IMG/VR virus record: IMGVR_UViG_2936514734_000001
Location: 1 to 64,000 of that record
DNA length: 64,000 bases
Strand: one strand, 5' to 3'
Source: a virus
Lineage: Duplodnaviria > Caudoviricetes
Shown: piece by piece, positions 9,976-18,879 of the stretch
Layout: each line of letters starts with the position of its first letter
How positions within the stretch are numbered: position 1 is the first letter of the stretch
Translations under genes and position numbers: made by a program
The notes under the pieces: generated by a model
Seen by the model: the letters and a program-made list of their open reading frames with translations, nothing else
Database searches by the model: none
What the model was told of the DNA's origin: nothing

Positions 9976-12900
9976 ATGAAAGAGAAAATTTTAATTACCT
10001 CTCTAGCAAGAGTGTCAAAAAACACTCCTTGGCGTGTTGGTATTTATACAAATGATAACTATACATTCTTTAATGTGGGCGAAAAAGGAAATGTTGCAAT
10101 GAGCCCCCGTTTTAATATGTTTCTTGATGCAGTAGAAAAGAAGGTAACTCGATACCCTGTAGATGTTAGTTTTCATCCAATCAAGGACAATAGGGAGATG
10201 GAGATTACTAAAATTCGAGATCAAATTGTATATGTTGATTGTGGGTTTACAGCAAATCGGTTAATTCCTAATGCTCGTTTCTATTACGATAAAGAAGTAT
10301 TTTCAAATCCGCTTGCTATTAAACAGCAAAAGACGCAGGATACAAGTGGAATGTTTTCTGTAATGGATGTTTCAGAAAATATTGCTTCTACTGCCTTACA
10401 ATACATTGCTGTAGGACGTGTAGAGCAAGTAACTGACGGCGATACCATAGATGTAACTTTGCTCAAAACGTCTGATTTCTTATCCTCTCGTTTTGATACT
10501 AATGAAAAAGTTACGATAAGATTTAATGGTGTAGATACACCTGAAAAATATCAAGAAGGTGCAGAAGAGTATAAAGACCCTAAAAATACAAAGTTCGGTA
10601 AACTCTACGGTGTAACAATGCAAGACATGTACACTGTCGGAGGAGAAGCGTATGAGTATACGAAAAAGCTTCTAGGATGGAATAGCTCCAACAAACCGCT
10701 TGTTATCCTAAACTTTGATCGTCAAAAAGATGGGGATGACCCAATGATGGATGCAGGATATGGACGTTATGTAGCGGACGTATATGCAACAAGTGAAAAG
10801 AATGCTGAAATCGCTATGGAGAAAGTTGAACAAGGTAAGTCTTTTGTACACGTTCCAAAAACACTATTAACAACAAAATCTAAATCATTTCCTCAAGTTC
10901 CTCTTGGTTTATTTCAATACGAATTCGCTTATGACGGATCAAGCATTCTTAATCCTTTCGATTGGGTATCAGAACTAGGATTGAAAGGATTTGATCCAGG
11001 CAATCAGTATACTCCTGATAATCTACAATCTGATACTGATCCTGATGTTAGTTCGGGAGATGTACAAGTTTATGATACAAACTTAAACACTGATACTATT
11101 AATTTCTCTTCTACAGATGGTCCAACCTCTAATAACTTGGACTTCTTTGAGCCATACGATGATCGTCTTGGCGATTTCACAAAGGGAATTAAGAGCGTAG
11201 CGGATTTAAAGAAGCATTCAAAAGTTCGTATCGGTGACGTTATCTTAACTATTCCTCCAACTTCAATTGAAGTAAATAAAACTTCTAATATCTCTAAAGT
11301 AAAAACACTTCGTACTAAATCTTCTGTTTTAGTTAACCGTGGTCAAACACTAACTACACTTAGCCTAAATCTGTACTTCCATGATTTAGAATCCATTAAT
11401 GGTACTCAATATCCTTGGAGAAAGGATTATAAAAAAGGTGAAAAGCAGAAACACTTCTTCGTTGATGGATTACGTCCTCTACTTGCACAATTCACTAAAA
11501 CACCATTTGTACCTATTGATAACTATTATATTAATGATGTCTTAGGTATTCGTGATGTAGCTTTAATGGATATCGAAGTAACAACAGTGCCTAATTTCCC
11601 TGAATCCCTAACTGCTACTCTTACACTAGTTGAGTTTAACTGTGAAGCATATCTAATGGATCAAGGAACGTTAGGTGATTCTATAAACTATCCGCTAATG
11701 CGTTGGTTTTACAATCAAGCAATGGCTAACCGTGGAGAGAAATACCGCTACTTTAAAGGCTTAGATGCACCTATAAAAAGTGACATTAGCTTTACGCTTG
11801 CAGATGAAGAGTTTTTATCTAAACGTAAAGAAGCTATTCAGTATATTAAAAAAGCTGATTCACCTGAAAAAGTACGTGTAGAAATGAAAACTAAGAATAC
11901 TTCTTATAAAGCTAAGAAAGAAGATGAAAAGGTTCTCAGTAAGATTGTTTCACAGTATGAGGTGTACTCCAAAGCGAACATAAAAAAATATACGGTTATC
12001 GACTATTTCAACAAACCTGGATTAAACGGTCCGTCTAATAGTATTGCCGGTCAACTAATAGAGAAATATGGTATCAAAAAAGAGACAGCAGATAATGCAA
12101 TTCTTGAAGGAATTGAACTGTTTACCGAAATGTATGATGGTAAATATAAAAACGAAACAACTGTATTGAAAAATCAAAATATCTTCTTACCATATGAATC
12201 TCGTTTGTACTACAAGTCTCGTTTTGATTGGACTGGATTAGAAGGATTCTTTACTAACTATGATGAAGAGCCTCCTGTAGATTATTCAGAAGAGCCATAT
12301 AAAGGACAAGAGTCTAAAGGATTGGTGTTATTCGATAAGCTGACCGACATTGACAACCAAGCTAAACTTGAGAAGAAATTTAAAAAATACTATGACTCTG
12401 GTAAAGGCCGCTTTATGATTCCTGCAAGCTCTGATGCAATGAAGACAATTAAAGAAGTCGCGAACTCTGCTAAAGATATGATGGATAGTGTTGATGCATA
12501 CGAGGAAGAGTTTAATGAGATTCTAGGGATTATTGATGCAAGTGAAGCTGGTATCCCAATGAAAGAATTTGAAATCTCAGGTAGCATGATTCCTATTTCA
12601 CTTAATGCTCGATTCTCGAATGAATACAGTATCTCTCATGTTCAATCGGGAGAAGCAGCTACTTTGCAATATATGGGTGGAGGCGATCCTTACGTTGACC
12701 TTATTTTAGAAGTTGACGAAGATGCAGCTAAAGATATTAACAGACTTGTTGCTATTTCTGATTATTATGCAAAGACCTACAACCAAGGGATTACTAATGG
12801 TTATATAGGTATTCAAAATGACTTAGCTCAATTGTTCGGCATTCGATATATCATGTTTGAAAACTTATCCATCAATACAGTGCCTAATTTCCCTGACCGC

Positions 12901-15900
12901 TACCAAATTATGATTCGTGCTATTGGGTTTGACAAAACACAACGTCAACGTGAAGAATTAACTGCTTTACCAGGAAACACTGATCATATGGACATTGATA
13001 TGCTTACAGAGAATAAAGGTGCATTTGCAAGTGATAGAATGATTGAATCTCGTCTTCACCAGTTAGAAGTTTATCCAGATTTAGAGCTTCCTACTTATAA
13101 CCAATTGAATAAGGACTTGGCTGAATTTGATGCAGGTTCTATTAAAGAATATGTAAATCTAAACGGTGGTACATATGTAGATCCTGACTTTTATTTTTCT
13201 ACTGTAAGTACCTTCAGAAAAATGGTTGAAGAAGAATACACAAGCGAACATCGATTAAATATGTTTGATGCAACTGGTGTAGCTGCATACACAAGTAGTA
13301 CAGATGCAGAGCAGGTTTTCAATACAACAGATACAGACTGGAAAAAGCTTCAGGATATGCAAACTACTGAAGGCGTTGAACCTATTGGATGGGTGTTTAG
13401 ATGGGGAGAAGGACAGCAGGAGACTCAGGAAACAGCAACCGCTTCTACAGGTACTCTTGCAGCTGAACAGGGAGGTACTTTGTCAGCGCAAAACCCTGAT
13501 GTGCAATCATTCTTAACCGCACAAGAAAATGGGGCACCTACATATAATAAGTTTCCTACTCTTGAAGAATGGAATAAGTTATTCCCTAAAAACGATTATG
13601 TCTATAATCTCTATAGTTCACAGCCTGGTGCTGATGAAACTCTTATCTATCAAGAGCTTAGTTATCAAATTGATAAATACTTTAAGAAATACTATTCAGC
13701 TCCAAACTTTATTAAGGAGTGTCGTGGTGACTTAAAGGATGCTGACAAGTCTAAGAAGCGAGTTTCTTATTCAGTTCCTAATGATTTTTATGCTATGTAT
13801 TTTGATTATCAGCGACGTACTCAACGGTCGTTTAAAGAAGTAGCAAAAATTGATGAACTAACAAAGGATAAAAAGATTACAAGACCAAGTGAAACTGATA
13901 GTGTAGATGCAGCGGATTTCCGTAAGACCGATAAGAAAATCACAAAAGAACGTTTTATGACTCTTTTCAAAGCTTTCTTAGATAAAATGAGCGGTTGGCA
14001 ACATTACAAAGGAAAAGGTCCTTTGGTTAGCAAAACAGGGCGCGTTGGGTTAGCTCAGGTTGATATTACAGGTAAAGACATGACTGTTGATGAAGTAAAA
14101 CGACTAATGTACAACTGGAGATACAACCTTGAAGTAGCGGTGAAACAATTGTTAGGACACTTCAAAAAAGCTAAAAAGCTTAATGATGATTGTACTAACT
14201 TTGAAGTTTTTTGTCGTCCTTGGGATGCAATGTTTGCATTATATGAAAAACCGGACGCTAAGCTTCTTCGTTCATCAGATGTAGAAGATAGTGACTTTGC
14301 TAGTGGTATCATGAGTCGATTCACTGCATATGCAACAAAACCTTTTAATACATTCAGTGGTTTCAATGAAGAAGTGTACAAGCAGTTTGCTGGTCTATCA
14401 ATGGAAGAACAGACATCTGTAGGTGGAGGAAACGAGACTGATTACGTTAACTCGCTATTAGAGCTTGAATACTATGATCAATCAGTTCTTAAAAAAGCAG
14501 GTCTAACAATTAAGTCTGATAAGAAAAACATCAAAAAAGCTATGAAGAAATATCTAAGTGAACAAACCAAAGAGACACTTTATGAAATCTATCAAAAACA
14601 CTTGAAATTCCTGTATGAACTAGGTAAATCGGATAGTACTGCAGAGAAGGTTATAGATGGTGTTTCATGGCTTAACCCGGCAAACCTAGCGGGTGGAGTT
14701 GCACATAAGGTAACTGATAAAGCTACTGATTTTCTTTTCTCAGACAAAAAAGATAAGAATGGATATGAGTACAGCAAAGAGATTATCGAAAAAGGTAGTA
14801 AGCTTTACGAGTCAATTAGAAACCTCGATAAAACTGCTGAAAGCTCTCAAGCATCAACAGATACTCGTTTGTTTAATGATGTTGATCCTCATACCATTTA
14901 TCAAGAAATGTTCTACGACTTGAGATACCATGATCAAAGAGGACGTATGTTACGTGCATTCCCTGGATTCCAAATGTTTATCATTCAAGAGGGTGACTAT
15001 TTTGGTAAGTATAAGTTCTGGGACAACATGTACGGGTTCAATGCAATCCAAAGTATTGACGTACACCGTTCTCGTAAAATAGCAGCAGATACAGCGGTTA
15101 TTTCAATGACGAATGTATACTCAAACTTAACAACTCGTCGTACCGATGTTGACTATGTTGACCGTCAGTTAAAATGGTGGGACAACTATATATGGAATGA
15201 GATTCCTAAAGATCTTATTGATAAGAAGGAAAATGAAATCCATAAGAACATCTACCTCGAAACAGGTGCGAGAATACACCTTCGTATGGGATATGGTGCA
15301 AACGCAAGCTCACTACCAGTTGTCTTTAATGGAACAATCACTGAACTTGAAATAGGTGATTTAATTGATATCGTTGCTCAAGGTGATGGAGTCGAACTAG
15401 GAAACGTTATTTCTGGTGACCCTGACGATGATAACGACGGTCTATTCAATGTAACTGAACCTAGAGACTTAATTTGTAGCTTATTAAGCTCAAAAGGTAG
15501 CTGGTTTAAAGACTTCATGAATAATGTTTCAGATGGTCAATTGTTTAGACAAAACCCTCTAGGTATTATGCATTTCGGTCAACCTTTTGACACAAATGAT
15601 TCCACAGCTGCAAAACCTCTTGGAAATCTTCTATGGTACAACGATGAATATGGTGAAGTAGCCCAAAATATTTACTCTTCTAATGGATCACCAACCTTTT
15701 CTCAATGGCTACACCCGAATGGAGAAAGAAATGATATTTTCCATGATTTTAGTTGGAAACGTCTATGGGATAATAAGTTCAAAATTCTTAACCCAGGTGA
15801 TGAAAAGAACGTTGTTGTTAAGTTCTACAACAATACTGTATGGGACATCATTCAAACAATAGCATATACATCTCCTGACTATATTGCCGCTGTCATGCCT

Positions 15901-17307
15901 TTTGAATTACGCTCAACACTGTTTTTCGGAAAACCATATTGGAGAGCCGCTTATCAATATGATTCTCGATATGAGTTCGATGCTGCTAATAAGACATGGG
16001 CAAGACATCTAGTAAAAGAAGCTAGAAGACCATATATGCAACACAAGTTCTACACTTCAGCCTATGACATCATCGAAAACAATATTAGAGCTTCTGAAGA
16101 AAATATCTATACAAACGTAATTGTTAACTATGACGGTAAACAAACTCCTGTATTGTATGCTGATGCGGATATCCGTTATGACAAGCAAAAAACTCGTGTA
16201 GTAGAAGCGGATATTGTTGCTAAGTTTGCTGATTATTACACCTCTGAAGTAGTCGCTACTTACTACGGCAACTCTGCTCTTCGTGATAATCTAAAAGACA
16301 TGTACAAAGGTAATTTACTTGTTATGGGTGACCCAACAGTTAAGCCTCATGACATGATGTACATCGGTGATGAAATCAATGATTTACAAGGAAACTGCCT
16401 AGTGAAATCTGTAACCCACCATTTTAGTTTAGAGACTGGATTTGTTACATCAATTGAACCGGATTTACTTATTGTCAATGATGACCAAGTTATCCTTGAA
16501 CTAGGCAAGTGGTATTACAGTTTTGCAAGTTCGATAGGGGCTACACTGGCAATGCGTTATGCTGCTAAGAAAGCAACCCGTAACCTAGTGAATTGGTTAA
16601 TGAAGCCTAATGGTGTACCTGTAGGTGTTGGGAAATGGGTATCTACAAAAGGTTTAAGACACACAGTGAGTCTAGCAAGCGACGGCAGTAAAGATTTTCA
16701 AGACATCTTGAAAACAATTGATCAAATCATTGCTTCTGGTGATAAAGATGTAAGTGCATTGCAGACCAAGTTAGCAGGTCAATTTGATACAGCGGCGCAA
16801 AATCTACAAAAAGCAACGGGCAAAGCGGGTATTATAAAAGATACATCTAGAAAGGCTGTTCTTAAATCAGGTGCATCCTTTATGAGAACTCTCGGTGGTA
16901 CTTCAAATATTGCTAAAGTAGGTTTGAGTGCAACGAAAATAGTAAGAGGAGTAGCTTCAATAACTCCTGTTGGCTTCATTGTTAACTCTGCGTTATGGGT
17001 AGGAAGCGAAATGTTATTTGAACATTATCGTCGATACAAAGAAAACCTACAGTGTGTAATCTGTATTCCTCTGACATATCGAGGACAAGAGCTAACAGCT
17101 GGTATCAACAATCATGCAGGTATGGTTTATGGAGACAATCCGGGCCGTTACGATAGATTGTTTGACGCTACATTTGGTTCAGATGATGGTGAAGCTGAAG
17201 ATATCTTTGGTAACTCATTATTCGAACTCGCTAACTTCTTTAGTGGATCAGGTGGAGTATACTCTGACCCTGAGAAGACAAAAGAATTAAATAGTCTTGG
17301 TAAATAA
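9976..17307 (+). CDS. Giant baseplate hub fusion: thermonuclease + two tube-like domains + degenerate SLT + gp27/gpD-like hub
   Basis: VTDGDTIDV, IRFNGVDTPE and YGRYVADVY (SNase); ARIHLRMGYG...VFNGTITE and GDPTVKPHD...VKSVTHHFS...GFVTSI (hub); lies upstream of spike and wedge genes. Confidence 0.75.
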   Translation: MKEKILITSLARVSKNTPWRVGIYTNDNYTFFNVGEKGNVAMSPRFNMFLDAVEKKVTRYPVDVSFHPIKDNREMEITKIRDQIVYVDCGFTANRLIPNARFYYDKEVFSNPLAIKQQKTQDTSGMFSVMDVSENIASTALQYIAVGRVEQVTDGDTIDVTLLKTSDFLSSRFDTNEKVTIRFNGVDTPEKYQEGAEEYKDPKNTKFGKLYGVTMQDMYTVGGEAYEYTKKLLGWNSSNKPLVILNFDRQKDGDDPMMDAGYGRYVADVYATSEKNAEIAMEKVEQGKSFVHVPKTLLTTKSKSFPQVPLGLFQYEFAYDGSSILNPFDWVSELGLKGFDPGNQYTPDNLQSDTDPDVSSGDVQVYDTNLNTDTINFSSTDGPTSNNLDFFEPYDDRLGDFTKGIKSVADLKKHSKVRIGDVILTIPPTSIEVNKTSNISKVKTLRTKSSVLVNRGQTLTTLSLNLYFHDLESINGTQYPWRKDYKKGEKQKHFFVDGLRPLLAQFTKTPFVPIDNYYINDVLGIRDVALMDIEVTTVPNFPESLTATLTLVEFNCEAYLMDQGTLGDSINYPLMRWFYNQAMANRGEKYRYFKGLDAPIKSDISFTLADEEFLSKRKEAIQYIKKADSPEKVRVEMKTKNTSYKAKKEDEKVLSKIVSQYEVYSKANIKKYTVIDYFNKPGLNGPSNSIAGQLIEKYGIKKETADNAILEGIELFTEMYDGKYKNETTVLKNQNIFLPYESRLYYKSRFDWTGLEGFFTNYDEEPPVDYSEEPYKGQESKGLVLFDKLTDIDNQAKLEKKFKKYYDSGKGRFMIPASSDAMKTIKEVANSAKDMMDSVDAYEEEFNEILGIIDASEAGIPMKEFEISGSMIPISLNARFSNEYSISHVQSGEAATLQYMGGGDPYVDLILEVDEDAAKDINRLVAISDYYAKTYNQGITNGYIGIQNDLAQLFGIRYIMFENLSINTVPNFPDRYQIMIRAIGFDKTQRQREELTALPGNTDHMDIDMLTENKGAFASDRMIESRLHQLEVYPDLELPTYNQLNKDLAEFDAGSIKEYVNLNGGTYVDPDFYFSTVSTFRKMVEEEYTSEHRLNMFDATGVAAYTSSTDAEQVFNTTDTDWKKLQDMQTTEGVEPIGWVFRWGEGQQETQETATASTGTLAAEQGGTLSAQNPDVQSFLTAQENGAPTYNKFPTLEEWNKLFPKNDYVYNLYSSQPGADETLIYQELSYQIDKYFKKYYSAPNFIKECRGDLKDADKSKKRVSYSVPNDFYAMYFDYQRRTQRSFKEVAKIDELTKDKKITRPSETDSVDAADFRKTDKKITKERFMTLFKAFLDKMSGWQHYKGKGPLVSKTGRVGLAQVDITGKDMTVDEVKRLMYNWRYNLEVAVKQLLGHFKKAKKLNDDCTNFEVFCRPWDAMFALYEKPDAKLLRSSDVEDSDFASGIMSRFTAYATKPFNTFSGFNEEVYKQFAGLSMEEQTSVGGGNETDYVNSLLELEYYDQSVLKKAGLTIKSDKKNIKKAMKKYLSEQTKETLYEIYQKHLKFLYELGKSDSTAEKVIDGVSWLNPANLAGGVAHKVTDKATDFLFSDKKDKNGYEYSKEIIEKGSKLYESIRNLDKTAESSQASTDTRLFNDVDPHTIYQEMFYDLRYHDQRGRMLRAFPGFQMFIIQEGDYFGKYKFWDNMYGFNAIQSIDVHRSRKIAADTAVISMTNVYSNLTTRRTDVDYVDRQLKWWDNYIWNEIPKDLIDKKENEIHKNIYLETGARIHLRMGYGANASSLPVVFNGTITELEIGDLIDIVAQGDGVELGNVISGDPDDDNDGLFNVTEPRDLICSLLSSKGSWFKDFMNNVSDGQLFRQNPLGIMHFGQPFDTNDSTAAKPLGNLLWYNDEYGEVAQNIYSSNGSPTFSQWLHPNGERNDIFHDFSWKRLWDNKFKILNPGDEKNVVVKFYNNTVWDIIQTIAYTSPDYIAAVMPFELRSTLFFGKPYWRAAYQYDSRYEFDAANKTWARHLVKEARRPYMQHKFYTSAYDIIENNIRASEENIYTNVIVNYDGKQTPVLYADADIRYDKQKTRVVEADIVAKFADYYTSEVVATYYGNSALRDNLKDMYKGNLLVMGDPTVKPHDMMYIGDEINDLQGNCLVKSVTHHFSLETGFVTSIEPDLLIVNDDQVILELGKWYYSFASSIGATLAMRYAAKKATRNLVNWLMKPNGVPVGVGKWVSTKGLRHTVSLASDGSKDFQDILKTIDQIIASGDKDVSALQTKLAGQFDTAAQNLQKATGKAGIIKDTSRKAVLKSGASFMRTLGGTSNIAKVGLSATKIVRGVASITPVGFIVNSALWVGSEMLFEHYRRYKENLQCVICIPLTYRGQELTAGINNHAGMVYGDNPGRYDRLFDATFGSDDGEAEDIFGNSLFELANFFSGSGGVYSDPEKTKELNSLGK

Positions 17308-17336
17308 GAGAAGGGGTTTAATGCCTCTTCTTTTTT
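17306..17336 (+). terminator. Intrinsic terminator
   Basis: agaaggggt-ttaat-gcctcttct followed by a T run. Confidence 0.7.
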
Positions 17337-17363
17337 GTGTTAAGTATGGAAAAAATCTAAACA

Positions 17364-17377
17364 AATGGTTAGCTTAT
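17364..17377 (+). promoter_or_regulatory. Candidate phage-specific promoter motif (AATGGTTAgcttat)
   Basis: Recurring intergenic motif lying between a terminator and an RBS. Confidence 0.55.
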
Positions 17378-17400
17378 CGTAGAAGAAGGAGGCGAATACA

Positions 17401-18879
17401 ATGACCAAAATAGATAAGAAGGATTACAACCGAAAACAATATATAAAGAAGTTGTCAGAAGGAAAAGAAGTCTATGCTAAACGTAAGGACTTTGTAGCGA
17501 ACTTCTCTTTGAAGAAAACAAAGTCTACCAGTGAATCTACTAATGCAAGTGGAGAAACATCTGGTGGAGGTGGTAGTGTTCAACTTAATGGTGAAATGCC
17601 GACTGTATCTCAATATCAAGGCCCCGATAATTATTATGACAAATTAATTAATGGCAACTATCAAACTGGACTTAAGAACAAGATTGCTGGAACAGATAAA
17701 TGGAATAAAGATATTAAAGAGCAGTGTGCTAAAGCAGGCGTAAACCCTTTGTTGGTAAAAGTGATTATGGCTACTGAGTCAGGTGGAAATCATAGTTCAA
17801 AGCCTAACCCTTGGAACTGTGTAGGATTGATGCAAGTTCAGGGAGCAACAGCCAAAAGCTTAGGATTGAACTGGGATAAGGTTCGTAATGACCCTGTTTA
17901 TAATATTTATGCGGGGTGTATGGTGCTGATAAGTAAACATAAATACGCTGGCGACATAATCAGAAATAACGGAAGTAAATACGCTGGGTATAAAAACCGT
18001 GGGTTTGTACTTAAACAAAACTGTCATGGAGTCGCTTGGCTTTTCAATGGTTTTAGTGTACCTAGCGGAGGAAGTAATAAAGTTACTACCGGTGGTTATG
18101 TTTATGGAAATCAAATTGTAGCTATGCTTAAAGGGTTTGGACGTGACGGAAATACTGATACGGTTTACTCAACAGATGTTTTAGGAGGGAGCGGAAGTTC
18201 ATCAAGTTCTACTTCAAGTTCAACTTCAACCCCAAGTTCAACTAAGGCTTCTTCTAAATCAATTATGTCTATAATGGCTGATGAAACAAATACCTCTATA
18301 AACACCGATTATCCTATAAGAGAACCTTTAAGTAAGGAAGAAGAGGAATTTTTACAGAAAGAACGTTTCTCATATCGTGTACCTATAGGTTATCTAAAAG
18401 GTAATTATTTTTATCCTCCTAAGTATCTTCGAGAAAAGTATGTTGAAGACAGAAAGCTGTCGGATCTATTTGTTAATTTAACAAACTATTCTCCATTACC
18501 ATCAAATGAATTTATTCATATATCAGGTGCACAGGAAAACTTTTATTCCCAAGAAGCAAGGCAAGTATTTTTGTTGTTAAAACAACGACTAGGATATAAA
18601 CAAATGATGATAACCAGAGGGTTTGAGCCTGAAGGAAATAATAACGAGTCCTCACATTCTGTTGGAATAGCTATGGATATATATGTTGATTCTGCAAAAG
18701 AGGCAATTAGGATAGCAGACACTGCATGGTTATTGGGAATTAGGTCAATTGCTATTGGGCCAAAGTTTGTACATCTAGATGTTGGTCCGGAATCAGTTTG
18801 GGGGTACGACAAATTAGGAATATATAGAGGCCCTGGAACATTGAAGGTAGGTGGAATAGAACATGGCTTCAGACGATAA
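17401..18879 (+). CDS. Virion peptidoglycan hydrolase: SLT lytic transglycosylase + peptidase M15-like domain
   Basis: VIMATESGG, GLMQV, YNIYAG (SLT); SSHSVGIAMDI...FVHLD (M15). Confidence 0.85.
   Translation: MTKIDKKDYNRKQYIKKLSEGKEVYAKRKDFVANFSLKKTKSTSESTNASGETSGGGGSVQLNGEMPTVSQYQGPDNYYDKLINGNYQTGLKNKIAGTDKWNKDIKEQCAKAGVNPLLVKVIMATESGGNHSSKPNPWNCVGLMQVQGATAKSLGLNWDKVRNDPVYNIYAGCMVLISKHKYAGDIIRNNGSKYAGYKNRGFVLKQNCHGVAWLFNGFSVPSGGSNKVTTGGYVYGNQIVAMLKGFGRDGNTDTVYSTDVLGGSGSSSSSTSSSTSTPSSTKASSKSIMSIMADETNTSINTDYPIREPLSKEEEEFLQKERFSYRVPIGYLKGNYFYPPKYLREKYVEDRKLSDLFVNLTNYSPLPSNEFIHISGAQENFYSQEARQVFLLLKQRLGYKQMMITRGFEPEGNNNESSHSVGIAMDIYVDSAKEAIRIADTAWLLGIRSIAIGPKFVHLDVGPESVWGYDKLGIYRGPGTLKVGGIEHGFRR

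Noticed and set aside
18190-18260. caagtt/caactt-like short repeats
   Set aside because: They encode a Ser/Thr linker; not a CRISPR array or regulatory repeat.
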